Source: the human T2T-CHM13v2.0 reference genome, Homo sapiens. Taken from it: 64,000 bases of DNA. Under the pieces are notes generated by a model. That model did no database searches and was not told the DNA's origin. It worked only from the letters and a program-made list of their open reading frames with translations. Location: assembly GCF_009914755.1 (NCBI RefSeq), contig NC_060936.1; one strand, given 5' to 3'. Both the position numbers and the translations under genes were made by a program. How positions within the stretch are numbered: the stretch's first letter is position 1; each line of letters opens with the position of its first letter. Below are positions 1-13,800 of this stretch, in pieces.

Positions 1-2628
1 GATGCAGGACAAGATGGAGCCAGCAGGCAGACAGAGATCTCCATGGAGAGGGAGAGGTGAGGAGGAGGAGAGCAGAGCCAGCAGCCCCCTCCCTGGTATT
101 GCTCCTGGGGAGCTCCCCGCAGAACTGGTTCTCTACTGGGAGTGCTGAAGCGGGAGGAAGAGATGGCACAGTGGGTCTTCCAATCATGGGTTTCCTGTGA
201 ATCCTCCCTCATTCTTCCTCTGGCCTCCTTTCAGCAAGAACGCGACCCCACTGAGGTGGCTGAAGAGTGGGTGAGGGTTTCCAGAGGCCAGGCACTCTGG
301 TAGATGCATTATGTCCTCACACAGTTTGACTTTTATCCCCAGAACTCCTCTTCCTACCCAATTCCAGGAGAGGCAGAAGCCCTAGATAACTGGGACTGGA
401 AAATAATGAATCATTTAATTGCCATCTTATCTGCATTAATACATAATCTGGCCTCTCTCCCTCCTTCAGCTGAGGGAGACACAAAGGTGGTGGTCTTGGA
501 GGTCAGTCCAAGAAAGCAGCAATATGTGGGTGAGTGAATGCAGAGATATTATGGAAGAAAAACATTTGAAGGGTTAAAATTATTTCTCTGCATGCTTCTT
601 GATTCTTGCTAAGCTCTGACCCCCACTGCTTTTGCCTCTTAATGAAAGCAGCAAACATAGCTTCCTCCTCCTTATTTTTTCAATCAAGGCTCACGGCATC
701 TACAGAATTTATTACTATCCCTTTCCTGGCTGGTGCCAGAACCTCAACTTGACCTGACAAATCCTCTTGCCATGGAAGCACATGAACTTATCTGAAGTGG
801 CTGGCTTCAGTGGCTTCTAAGCACATTTGCCCAACCACCAGTCATGCGTTTAGTGTCCATGGATGACAGGGCTTGTCCATGTCTCCAAGGCCACAGGCAG
901 ATGATTGCTGGAGGATAAATTCTTGCATCCCCATTCAAATTCATCTCCTACTCCAAATCCCAACCTCAATATGACTATGAAGTCTGAAGGGCTCCACAGC
1001 TCCTGTCTTCTCTCTGTTACATTGCTTCTTCCTTTCACATCCCTCCTCTGCCTCACTACCCTTTTTCCTTCATTCTCTTCTCCCCTTCTACCTCTCCCCC
1101 AAACACTTTATCTCTCCCATCTTCTCTTCCTTCTATCCTTCTTCCACATAAGCTACACAGGGAAATCTCTTTCTTCTCTACCCTTATCCTTTAAACACAA
1201 AATCAATCTTGAGTATCTTTTGAGCTCCCTCTTCTCATACTGGCTGGAGGCTGGGGATAGCTAGAAGAGTTCTGGATGTGCTTTTTATCCTGATTTGTCT
1301 AAGATGCTGATGGGAACTGGGATCTCTGCTCCTATTGAGTCAGAGTTGCATGCTTGAAGGTGATAGCTCATGACTGGCCCATCCTGGAAACTATTAAGAA
1401 AGAAAGTGTGAAGGTCTGTCAGTCAACTATATGTATCAAGTGTCCAGTCTATTCAAAACCCTGCACTCAGTGCTGTGGAAAGATTGGAAAGAAGCAAATG
1501 GTCCTTGCTCAAAATAAAAGAGACACATATCTAGAAATGCCTAAACAAGTGTAAGTATATTGCAGCTGCCTAAAGCAATCCTCTATCAGAACAGCACAAG
1601 GTAAAAAGGGTGAGTATACAAATTATGTTAACAGCCAAAGAGCAGGTTTTCTTCACTGAAGTCAAAGGTTTATGTCAGAATTGTAAGAGGCAAGGATAGC
1701 TGGAAAGGGAACAGAAAGCAGAAAATTCAATCTATGGAGATACCTGTTTTGCATGTCCATTTCATTCCAGCCTCTGATGATACAGCCCTCTGCTCATCCT
1801 AAGTCCCTACCCATGAGGCCAAACCCTATCACTAGGTGAGGACAGTCTCAACACACAGGGACTTTGTCTACCTTGTGCCCAGAAGGCCTGGTTGCTGAGG
1901 TGGCATCGTATGGCCCATGCTCATCAATCTGCCTATCCTCTTGTTCTTCCCCTATCCCCAGCAGGGAGAGAGTTTCTAGTCTAAGAAATGGGGCCAGGAT
2001 GAAGGCTCACTGGGAGAAGGGAGTGTGCGTCTTTTTATTCATAGCTAGAAGCTGGCATAGTGTGACCACTTGCAAAGATTTGCTGCCCTTTGCCTTCCTG
2101 AAGGCCTAGGCCACTGCTCTTCCTTTCTTTTCATCCAAAAATAATGCATTTAAGAGAACCAAGTCATCCCATGGTCTCTGGGAAACCCTGATTGTCTCAC
2201 TCCTCCTTACCAGCCTCCAGGTCCCTCTTTCCTCACTCCCAATCTCTCCCCAGACCAATGCAGTGAATGCCATAGGGCCTCACAAAGGCATCCTGGCACA
2301 TTTTCCTGCTGGCCCAAAACCAAGCAAAGGAAACAACAGTTGGTCCTGCTGATTCAGCAAATCTCTGCGCAGCCCGAGTTTCAAAGGTCACTTATGAGAA
2401 AAGGCAGCTGGGGTCGGGGCTGGGTGGAGAAGGAATGGAAGGGAGGGTAACATTAAAAAAGAGGGAAGGGCTGGGACAAACATCGGGGCTCACAATCTGG
2501 AAAGAGACTCAACTGCTGAATTTACACCCCATGTAAAGATTTTTGGACAAGCTGCCTTGTTGGGAAGCCTGAACATTTTTTTTCACTGGAGCCTAAGCAT
2601 ATCTCAGTGGCCCTGGGCACAGGGCAAT

Positions 2629-2786
2629 GGCAGCTTAGTAAGGAGTTCTTAGTAAGAGGCCCTGGGGACACTCTCACTGCGCCCAGCAGACTCTCAGATG
2701 TGAGGCCGGCAGCTTAGTAAGGAGTTCTTAGTAAGAGGCCCTGGGGACACTCTCACTGCACCCAGCAGACTCTCGGAGGTGAGGCC
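2629..2786. repeat. 79-bp tandem duplication (2 copies)
   Basis: ggcagcttagtaaggagttcttagtaagagg...gtgaggcc starts at 2629 and 2708; 3 mismatches. Confidence 0.95.
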
Positions 2787-2962
2787 ATCTGGCAGGGTTT
2801 CCAAGGCTGGGACCACTGTAGCAACTTGCTCCTCTGCTTCTGGAAAAGCACAAAGTGCAGGTTCCCACAGAGGCTCCAAAGGGCTGCTTATTTCCATGGA
2901 AGAAAGGGGTGGTCATCTTTATTTCAGTCAATGAGGGCATTAACAAAAAGAAAGGGAATCAG

Positions 2963-3310
<348 letters not shown>

Positions 3311-3404
3311 TCAGGAGTAAGGCAAGGGCAAAGCTAAATCTTTCAGGCTGAAAGGAATTTCAGGTAACCACTGGATCACACAGTGTTCAAGATCCAGATG
3401 GTTG

Positions 3405-3625
3405 AGAACATGGGCTTTGGGCAAGCACGCCTGGGGAGAAATCTTGGTACCTCCCCAGCTGTGAGACGTCGCCTTCACTGTTTACTTTCTTTTAGCCTCT
3501 GTTTTTCCACTTATAAAATGGGGAAAATATCTACCTTAAAGACTTGTCGTAAAGTTGTAAAAATTACATATCATTTATTTAGTACTGTTTGGGGTACATA
3601 GTAAGTGCTCAATACATTGCAGTAT
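3405..3625 (+). mobile_element. MIR SINE
   Basis: MIR core (gcctctgtttttccacttataaaatgggg) and 3' end (acatagtaagtgctcaata). Many more MIR fragments in the window are not listed. Confidence 0.75.
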
Positions 3626-3646
3626 TTCTACAGATAAAGAAACCAA

Positions 3647-3932
<286 letters not shown>

Positions 3933-6289
3933 TCACCTGTTGTCAGATGACAGTGACAGACTAGAATGCAGGCTCAGGGTTTCTTCTACACTGCCAGGCC
4001 ACCTTTCTACATGTGCTCTATTCTCATTTAGCCATTCCAGACACAGGAATGTTGAGCATACCCTGAAAAGCAACCAGCAGCACAAATCCACCATCCCTCT
4101 GTGATCTGTAATGCTGTCTCACAAATTTCTAGTTGGCAAAGGCTTCTTTAAGCCCAACTAAAACCTCTTCTGTTGAATTTTAAGATTATTTGCACTTCTC
4201 TTAAGGATATCAAAGAGATCTGAGTTATCACCCGATGCCCCATGGTGAGAACAATCACCCCTATTTCCTAATTAGGAAAATTACAGTCTCATCTAGGAGA
4301 AGGTACACTGACTTGTCAAGGACAAAAGTGGAGAGTGAGGGAAATGGCATCTGAACCCAGGAAGTGCTTCCCACTTCTTCAGAATGAGGCTGAATCAATT
4401 TCTCCAAGTTCCTCCTTCCTAGGGATGGAAGGTAGACCTGTACTTTTCAGAACTCTGAGGTCAGAAAGCTGAAAAGAACAGCAGGGAGGGACTAAGAGGC
4501 CTGATGTGTGGTTGTGGGTTTTCTTCTCTTAAAGACTTTTCTTACATGAGATATCTTCCAGGAAAATGAAAACAAATGAAAAAGAAAAGATGGTGGCCTT
4601 CTAAAATTCTCTCCCAGGGTGTTTGTGACTGTGAGGCCACCATAGGCAAAGACTGCTGATGTGTGTGTGTGCCCGGGTGGGGGTGGAGGGCAGACTGTTT
4701 TGCTGTTGCTCTTTGGTTGGAATAAGGGATCTGGGAGGGTTATGTAACTCTTCAAGACTGGTGTGCGTGCTGAGCGGCACCTTTCCTCCCTGGCAGGTGG
4801 GCTGCTATGGTCATGCGGGCAGCCTGTCCAAGTCCCTGCCCAGAGAAGGGCCCCGTGCTCTGTGCTGGCATCAGACCATTCCCTCTAAGCCACAGCTTCA
4901 GGGGCTAGAGGCTTTTAGGAGCTGGGCCAGGGTCTCCTAGCCCCATTGGGGAGTTAACCAGATATCAGAGCTAGAAGGATTCTTTAAGGTAACCTGTTCA
5001 AGATTCTCATTTGGCAAATGAGAAAACTAAGGCCTGAGGAGGAAGTGACTGTTGCTTCCAAACTAGCTAGTGTCAGAACTAGGTTTAGAGCTCAGATTCT
5101 CTTAACTCTTCATCCACTGCTCTCAACATTATGTGACGATGGACCAAAAGAGCCCATCAGGGCTGCTTCACAGGTGTGCAAGGCCAAACTTACAGCTAGT
5201 CCCATAACCCCAGGGAGGTCCCCGTGCCTTCCAGGATATCTCAACTATGTTAATAATTCCACAGTCAGAGACGACTTTAGGTACTTCAAGGTTATCCTCC
5301 TTGTTTAAATGCAAATTCTCCTAGGAAGGGGGACAAATCAACACATTTATTCTTATTAGTCTTTTATACTTTAGTGTGAAAGAGTTTATTTGAGCAATCT
5401 CCCAGAGAAGGGTTTGGTAAGAAGGGAGGATACTGGGGTAGAAGTGGTTAACTAAAGGCCAGGGAAGGAGGCTGCTAAGGAGCTGAAGGGCTCATGAGGG
5501 AGGCAGATCAGTCTAAATGTATTTTTAGCTCAACTAAATTTTGCAGAGAATTGGAATTGCCTTGTTTGGCTCTGGTAAGGAAAGGGGAGGGACACAGGGC
5601 ACTTCCACTGACTGGTCATGGAATAGTAAGTCTTTGGGCTGTAGAAGGGATACTTTTCCAACGAACTTCATGTGTGGAAGACATAAAGCAAGAAGTTAAA
5701 GAGCATCATGATGTGTGATAAGCTTGTTTGCTCCTTTCTAGGATCTTAAAATAATTTTTTGGATGGTGAAATGTCACATGACTCTGTTGGGGTTTGCTAT
5801 GGGGCAGGAAGATGTGGGCAGGAAGAGCTGGCAGGCAGCAGAGGTTGGTGTCGCACGAGCCTGAAGGGGATGGGAGATGAGAGTCAAACTCAACACCTAG
5901 AAGGTGCATGATAAATACTGGTTGAATACATAAACTCTCCGTCTGTAGGGCCCAGGCAGGCTCATGGATTGTTGAGTGGAGGTGGGTTGTGGTATCAGGG
6001 CTGAGGAAGAGTTGGGCAGAAGGGAGGACCCCTGGGTCCAACAGCACAGCTCACTGTCCTGAAGCTGAGCCCATGCGGAAAGCTGCTCTCAGAGGTTCAG
6101 TTCTTCAGGCTGGTTGGGGTGTGAGACGGATGAGGGGTGAGGAGAAGACTGCCCCCGGCAATAAACAGAACCGACCCCAATCCTAGCTATGAGCAGGGAG
6201 AGCCCTCTACTCCCTCTGCCCCCAGCCTCTGACCACTCTGTCAGCCCAGGAAGCTGCATTAAGAACAAATCTCTGCAGTGAGAGTTTCA

Positions 6290-6290
<1 letters not shown>

Positions 6291-6325
<35 letters not shown>
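6291..6325. repeat. (CA)n microsatellite
   Basis: About 17 perfect CA units. Confidence 0.97.
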
Positions 6326-6327
<2 letters not shown>

Positions 6328-7579
6328 GGCCTCAGCAGGTGGAGTGAGAAACGGGCAATGGGCCTATGAAGGCAGGAGGGAAAGGAGGCTGGCATTGTGG
6401 CCGTATCTCTGGGGGAAAAGAGAGGAAAGAGCTGGATTCCGGGGTCATGAACCAGCAGCACCCAGATTCCAGGCCCCTTACCAGGCAGGATCAGCTGTGT
6501 TCAGGGAAGTGTCAATACCGTGACGGGACGGTGAGCAGGTGGTGCGCAGGCGTTTGTGGACCTGAGTGGGCACGACTGCGTGGGCAACTGTGTGTTACTG
6601 ACTTGGGCTGGGGGAGTTGGAGGACAACCCACACTATACTAAAGATGCATAGGCTTCACAGCAAAGATCAGCATAGCTTTATCTCAGTATCTCCCAATGA
6701 CCCCTGGCCTGGTCACGCCATCAGCACTCCCAGTTCCTTTTCCTTTCTCTGCATGAAGTGTTTCATCTCCATTGGCTAGCCAGATCCTCCTGGTTCTTCC
6801 CCTCTGTAAAATGGGGCAAATCTACCACGCCTCCATACCCACTCTGTCTGGAGCATGCGGGAGACCAGGCCCCAGAGGCGTGAGCTCCTGGGAAGAAGGC
6901 TGTGTGGAAGGGGACAGGTACAGGAGCTGTGCCACTGAACTCTACGGAGGTATAGTGTCTGGAAGCTCAGGTACGGGGCGGCCAGACACACACAAAGCTG
7001 TAGTGTGATTTTCCCTGCAGGATATCTCGGCCTAGCTGTGGCCAGGGCCTGGTACCAATGACCTCTCAGGGCTTTGGATGCACCAGGTCAAACCAGCCAA
7101 CCACCTGCCTCCAATCAGGAATGCACGCCCCATCCCAGGCAGAGAGACAAGGGAGTTCCACAATTTCTTCCTTGATGAATGATTCCTATCTACCACAATT
7201 TTCATTCAATGCATCAAATCAACCAATGATTATTTAAAAACAGCAGCTACAAAAACTCTGCAAAGCGGGTGGGAATTTCCTGCTTGGGTCTAGCCTCCGT
7301 GTTTCCCGCGCACAGCCCGGTCTTTACCCTGGATGCTTCCGAACCGGCATCATCTGGCATCTCCGACAGTCTTGATGCGACTTAACGCATGGTAAGAACC
7401 CATCAGAGAAGGCCAAAGGGATTTCCAGAGACAGGTAGAGGCACTGCGCTGGGCAGCACCAGGGAGGAATATTATCTTTTCAAGCAGCTGGACTCTGACC
7501 TAGAAGCCGGAACTCCTGAGTACTGAGGTCAGCACCTCTCTCACACACCCCCAGCTATAAGCTTGAAGGAAGCCCCTCC

Positions 7580-7843
7580 CCTTCTCTGGGCCTTGATTTC
7601 CCCTCCTGCTCAGTGGGGACGTTCTTGGTCCTCCTTCTTGCCCACTCTACCCAGTCGCCGAGTCTGGCGAAGCAGAGCTGTCTGGGGGTCACCGCAGCAG
7701 GAGGGACCGAGCTTAGATACGAAAAAAGACTTCTACACGGCAAGAGCCACAGAAAGGACGCTCCAGCTGGCTCAGCAGAGGGGCATCTCTCCCTTTCAAA
7801 AACAAAAGGTGGCAGGTACCCGGGGGCCCTGGGGCAGAACGAG
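7580..7843 (+). other. IQSEC3: Probable alternative ATG-less first exon of IQSEC3; 5' end approximate, donor at 7815 or 7843
   Basis: TATA-like ctataa at 7555-7560; two GT donors (CAG|gtaccc after 7815, GAG|gtaaat after 7843); no ATG; adjacent CpG island. I recall an internal-promoter IQSEC3 isoform but have not verified it. Confidence 0.6.
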
Positions 7844-7879
7844 GTAAATTCTGCACGGACTTCCACATCTAAGACCCCA

Positions 7880-8640
7880 GAAATCTCCAGCCGGCTCCCT
7901 CCGACCGTGAGTGCGTAAAACCCGGGAGCAGCAGGAGGGGAGGGCGGGGGTGCAGCTGGCCCCCCTGGGGTGTCCCCTCAGTCCCTGCGCCCCCGACCCT
8001 CGCCGGGCCAGCCTGGGGAAAGCCTTTCCGCCTCCGTGCGCTGCCCCGACTCCTCCGTGGGGAGGGAACGTGGAGTCGGGATCTCGGCGGCGTGGGCGGG
8101 CCGGCTGGCAGCCGGCAGGCGAGAAGGAATCTCCCGGCCCACGCGCCCCCTCCCAGCGTCCAGCCTCGCACTTCCTCGCGGGGGCGGCGGCGAGGACCTG
8201 CACCCCGGCGCGGGGAAGCCGCGTGCCCACAGCCTCCCCGCGCCCCCGCCGCCCCGCTGAGGAAGGCGGCTGCTGAGTCACCCGCGAAGGGAAGCGCGGC
8301 CCGGGCGCCCCCGCCTCCCCGCGCCCCAACCCCCGCGCACAGCCGCCCGCCCACGGTGTCTGGGGCCTCCCGGCGCAGGGCGCCGCCTCCTCCCGCGTTC
8401 CCGGCCCGAGGGGGCTCGGAAGGGGCTTCGGCGCTGCGGCACCGCCCGCCGCCAGCCCGGGGAGCATCGGGGCCGCGGCCTTCGGGCCGGGTGCTGGGTG
8501 CTGGGTGCGCGCCCCTCCTCGGCCTCCACGGGCCGCAGCCGGGGCTAGTGTGATGGTGCGAGTAGATTCCCTTGGAGAAGAAGGGGACATTGAGGCGGGG
8601 GCGGCTAGGAGGGGTCGGGGATGAGGACGGTGACACCGAG
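7880..8640. promoter_or_regulatory. CpG island / internal promoter region
   Basis: Very high GC and CpG density with GC boxes, EGR site GCGTGGGCG (8090-8098) and ARE/AP-1 TGCTGAGTCAC (8271-8281). Confidence 0.9.
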
Positions 8641-9633
8641 GTACAAATTCTACTCAGCATCCACCTTTCCTGTCTTCCTTGTACCCAAGACACCTCAGCA
8701 AAAAAAAAAAAATAAATTTAAAACTCCCAGCCTTATCTTGGCCTTCTCATGTTTATGTTTGTGTTTTATCGCATCACAGTCTTAGAATTCCCAGGGCTGT
8801 AGGTCTCCTCAGCCTACGGTGCGGCATAATAGTTCTGAGCAGGGCCCTGGGTTTGAATCTCGACTCAGTCGTTCACTAGCTGTGTGATCTCAAGCAATGA
8901 GAGCCTCGCGTTTCCCGTTCGTAAAATAAGGAATACGAATGGTACCACCCTCCTGGGATTGCTGGGAAAATTCAGGGGTGATGCCAGTAAAGCGTCAGGC
9001 AAGCCGAGTGCCTGGCACGCAGTGAGGGCTCGACGCGGGGTGGTTGCTGTCACTTTGGGACCCTTCCAGTGGCAGAAGGTGCTCTTTGAAGGTGAGAGGC
9101 CTCACCACCCCCCACCCTGACCCCGGCATCTTCTAAGGGGCTCTGAACAGGACTCCTTCCCTGTTTGACTTCACACCCTTTCAAATATTTGAAGGCAGAT
9201 AGCCATCCTTCCCTTCCCTTGCCTTCCAGTCCACTGACACCCCTCCGCCATCTACTTTCAGGAGAACATACCTGATCCTGGCACTTCCTGCTCCTCATGG
9301 TTCTGCGGGTGGCTCTGCCTCACCTGGGTTACTGCTCTCCGAGAACACAGAGGGAGCTGGGAGTGAGCCCTGCAGCGCAGGGGCTGTGGCCAGACCAGCT
9401 TTGGGCACAGGGAGGCCCTCCCTCACCCCCCCGCCTAGCTTTGGATGGTGGCTAGGGACCCACTGGCTTTCTCAGCCCCAGCCACAGATGGGACCTATCA
9501 CACATGAGGTCAGCTAAAGCCTCAGGGCTCTTTCACTTGAAGGACTCTGGCTTCTGGCCACCTGTACTTGTACAGGTGGCTTTTAACATACACACAAAAT
9601 TGCTAATGTAATTTGCTTTTAATGTAATTCACC

Positions 9634-9897
9634 TTTTCCTTTCTTTAAGAGATGGTGACTCTGTCACCCAGGCTGGAGTACAGTGGCACAATCATTGCTC
9701 TCTGCAGCCTCGAACTCCTGCGCTCAAGTGATCCTCCCACCTCAGCCTCCCAGGTAGCTAGGACTACAGGCATGCATCACGACACCTGACTAATTTTCTT
9801 TGTTTTTGTAGAGACGGAGGCCTCCCTATGTTGCCCAGGCTGGTCTCGAACTCCTGGCCTCAAGCAATCTTCCCAATTCAGCCTCCAGAGTAGCTTG
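9634..9897 (-). mobile_element. AluJ, antisense
   Basis: T-rich tail followed by reverse Alu with J-type motifs (ctcaagtgatcctcccacctcagcc, ccctatgttgcccagg). Confidence 0.88.
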
Positions 9898-9899
9898 AT

Positions 9900-10240
9900 T
9901 TACTCTTTTCAAATAGACAATACATTGACCTAGTACAAGATTCAAAAGAAAAGAGTTTACAGTGAAAAGCATCGCCCCCATCCTTGTTTCCTAACCACTC
10001 GAATTCCTGCCCGCCCCCACACCTTCCAGCAACCACTATTATTTCTCACGTCTTTCCAGCTATATGTACATTTAAGCAAAATGTTTATTTCTTTTTACAG
10101 AGATACTAGTATCCTATATGCTCTTCTGCACCTTGAGTTTTGTTCCCTAATAATGTATCTTAGTGATCTTTCCTTATTAAATATAAAAAGAGCTGCCGCG
10201 TTCTTTTTTAATAGCCGCAAAATATTCCACTGTATGGCTG
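9900..10240 (-). mobile_element. Old L1M 3' fragment
   Basis: Typical antisense L1M 3'UTR words (caaccactatt, taatgtatctt, aatattccactgtatgg). Confidence 0.6.
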
Positions 10241-10769
10241 TGAAGCTAGGTCCTTTCTGCTGTCTGCTGAGAGTTTTGGAAGGCAAGTAATTATTTAAGG
10301 TGGGCTTTCTGAGGGCCAGAGAGGGGAGGAAGCAGGTATGATTGAGCAGCTGCATTTGAACTTGCCTCTCTGGCTGACGTGCTGCTGCAGCCTCCTGCAG
10401 ACATGGGTCAGTTGCAGCAGAAATACGATTCGGCAAGTGCTTCTCCGTCTGAAAACTCCAGCTTGGTTCACTTTTGCTCCCCGGGGCTCCCTTTGTTGTC
10501 AGCAGTTATCAAGTTTGGGGGAGCCATCAGGGTGTTAGCATCTGGCTCTAAACCAGCTGAAGGTGAGTCCTACAACCCCAGCAGTTTCAGGAAGCCTTCC
10601 TGAACCGATCTGATAAATAAATAGATGTTCTTATAGCCTCACTCCTTACTTTTCACCCCAGGCTGAGCACACACCAGTCCTTGCTAAGAACAAAATTAGT
10701 TCTTTATTCTTGTGGCTTAGAAAAGCTTGTTTTCTTCTTTCTGTAAGTATATATTTTCCTGGCATCTGT

Positions 10770-12720
10770 ATTCTTCCTTTCACTTAACAAATATTTATTA
10801 TCTGCTGTGTGCCAGTTACTATTCTAGGCCCTGGGGTATAGCAGTGAACAAAAAAACTCCCAAATTCCTTTATGAAGCTTACAGACAAACAAGATCACTA
10901 ATGAAAACTTATAGTGCATCTGATGGGATAAGAGCCCTGGAGAAAAAGCAGAGAAGAGACCCGGAATAAAGGAATCTGCACTTTCAAACTGGGTGCCCTG
11001 GGGAGACAGCACCTGAGCAAAGTCCTGGAGGAGGGGAGGGAGGGAGTTCTGTGGCTGTCTGGGGACGGGCATTCCTGGCAGGACAAACAGCTAGCATAGA
11101 GGCCAAGGGTGGGACCCTGCCAGGTTGTTCAAGTAAGACAAGGGCCGAGAGCACAGGGAGAGGCGCCTGAGGCCAAGTCAGAGAGATTGTTGGGGCATGG
11201 GAGGGTAGGAGGGTGCAGGCGCGTAGCAGATCTTGTAAGAGATTCTCAACTGGGATTTCCAGGTCCACCAGGGAGCATTTGGAATGTGTGGGCACATTTT
11301 AGTTGTCACAAATGCTGATGGGGCTTGGATGAGGAAGGTTGTTGTTCTGTGGCATGCAGTGGGTAAGGGCCATGTCAAACATCCTGCAGTGTGTGGGACA
11401 GACCACACAGTGAAGAATTTTCCTGCCAGAAATGCCCCTGTTTCTTGTTGTTGAGGGCATTGGAGTCCGTTAGGAAGTGTTTGGCTTTTACCTTCAGAAA
11501 AACTAGGAACCAGTGGATGACTTTGAGCAGAGGGTGCTTAAAAGGAACTTTGGATGCTGGTTTGAGAATAGACTGAAGAGGGAAGAAAGGCAGAAGCAGG
11601 GAGTTCAGGTAGAAGGTTGTTACACAGCCCAGGTAAGAGATGCTAGTAGCTTGGACCAGGGTAGTAGCAATGAAAGTATGATCTGCAGCCAAGACAACAG
11701 TACTTCCTGAGGGATCAGTGTGGGATGTGAGACAAAGAGGAGTTGAGGATGAGCTCAAGGTTTGGGGCCAAAGTTATTAGAAGGATGGGATGGAGAAGTC
11801 CATGGGGGATGAGGAGGTTTGAGCATTTGACGGATGGCGTTTGAGACAGCTCTTAGATGTTTGAGAGGAGATGTGCAGTAGGCATTTGGAATGGGCTGGA
11901 GGTATAACTTTGGGATGCTTTTAAAGCCTTGAGACTGGGCCACGCCACCAAGGAGTGAGAACAGAAGATGAAAGAGGCCTAGGGCAGATTTGCAATGCAC
12001 ACAACACTAAAAGGTGGGCATGGGAGCTGAGAAGGAGCACCCAGAGGGAGGAGAACAGCCAGGAGAAGCACCTAGTGTTCTGGCAAAGAGCGTTTCAAAG
12101 GCTGCTGAAACGTGGAGGATGCAGACTGAGAACTGTCCATTAGCTTTAGCAACATTCAGGTAATTGGTGACCTTGAAAAGCATAGTCTTGGGAGTGGATT
12201 TGGAGGCTTGATTAGTGGGTTTGAGAGAGAAGGGAGGAGAGACTTTAGAGACAAATCAACCAAATAGAACATGTGGACCTTTGATCCGGCTTGATTTAGA
12301 CAAAGCCATTGGAACTAGACATTTTTAAGACAGTCGGGGAATTTGAACGTAGATGAAGTATTAGGTGATGTTAGAAAATTGTTAATTTAGTTAGGTATGA
12401 TTATGGTACTCATATCTTTTTAAAGTTCTTACCTATTAGAGGGATACATTGTGGGTGAAATGATATTTCTGGGGCTTGCCTTATAACACTGTAGCAAAAA
12501 AGTTGGGAAGTAGAAGACTGGCAAAATATATGTTTGACATTTCCCTAATAAAATGTGTAAAAGATGCCAGAATGGGAGGAATTGTAGAAAGTTCTGATGA
12601 GTTTTGCTATAAAGAGAAGCAAAGAAATGGGGTGACCGCTGAAGGGACAAAGCGGGTTCAAGACAAAGGATTGTTCTTTAAGATGGGAGAAGTCATAGCA
12701 TGTTTGTTTCAGCAGCATGT
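10770..12720 (-). mobile_element. Long L2 remnant interrupted by MER20 and an L1M fragment (~12260-12560)
   Basis: Begins with the reverse L2 3' end (cacttaacaaatatttatta...tgtgccag...gcagtgaacaaaa), followed by purine-rich L2 body. Confidence 0.75.
11241..11440 (+). mobile_element. MER20 (hAT-Charlie DNA transposon)
   Basis: ttctcaactggg...gggagcatttggaatgtgtgggcacattttagttgtcaca...aaacatcctgcagtg...aagaattttcctgcc matches the MER20 consensus as recalled. Confidence 0.8.
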
Positions 12721-13429
12721 CAGCTAACTACACATGCTGACCGTCCACCGCAGCAAAGGCCCTGTCCTAACTCCTGTAGGGAAACTGAGAATGACTACAT
12801 CACTCCTGGAGGAAAGTCATCATTTAATGAAAGCTGACATTGACCATGCACTTACTATGAGTGAGGCACGGTGTTAAGCACTTTACAAACTTTCTCTCGA
12901 TGTGTCCTAATAACACCTTCCCGAGCTAGGCTCCATTCTGTATTCCAAGCAACGTGAGGTTGCTTGTGCAGATTCACACTCAGCCAGTGTGACCCTGGCA
13001 GGCAGTGCTCCTAGCCTCTACTCTCCATGGCCACCCCGCAGACAACTACAGTAACATGCATCCAAATCTCCAGGAGAAGTTTTTTCCAAATCCACGTGGC
13101 CCAGCCTCAGCACTGGAGACTGTTGTTCAGCAGGGGATAGGGGAAAGAAGACAGCCACAAATGCTTGCAGTGAGGCTCTCAGGAGGTTCTGACGCAGTTC
13201 CCTGCTGGAAAACCATCAGGATATATCAGCCTGGGCACACTCACTTATCATCGCATACACCAGGGTTCACACCGGTGCTGTGGGTAATTAGGCTGGCTGA
13301 GGCTAGGGAAAAAATTAAAATGTGATGAGCTGGGCTGTACAGGAGAAAGGAGAGGAGGGCAGCTGAGCGTGGCATTGTCATTTAGGGATGGGAAATTCTG
13401 TTTAGGTTCCTCAAGGGCCAGAATCATAT

Positions 13430-13800
13430 GTATACATTCATTTCACAAGTATTTGTTGAGCACCTACGGCATGTCAGGGGCACAGGGATTCGCGGTGAAC
13501 AAGTCGAACAAAGCCCCTGCCGTCATGGAGCTCCCATTCCAGAGGAGAAGGCAGATATTTAACAAGAAAATTCACACACGTATAACAGAAATTCCCAAGG
13601 ACTAGAAGAAAAGTACGGGGGTGGCTAGGGGGAGGATAGCTCTGAAGAGAAGTCCTCACTTAGGGGGTGGCATCTGAGCAGAGAGATGAAATAAAACAGA
13701 GCACGTGAAGACCTCAGGGGAAAGCGTTCCGTGTAAAGGCCCTGGGGCTGAAGGAAAGGCATGTGTTCAAAGAACAGAAGAAGGGAAGGGGGGCCAGAGG
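13430..13800 (-). mobile_element. L2 3' fragment
   Basis: cattcatttcacaagtatttgttgagcacctac...gcggtgaacaag L2 signature. Confidence 0.75.

Noticed and set aside
7796-8693. 264-aa and 274-aa minus-strand ORFs and overlapping plus-strand ORFs
   Set aside because: CpG-island stop-codon depletion; low-complexity Pro/Gly/Arg/Ala content with no domain.
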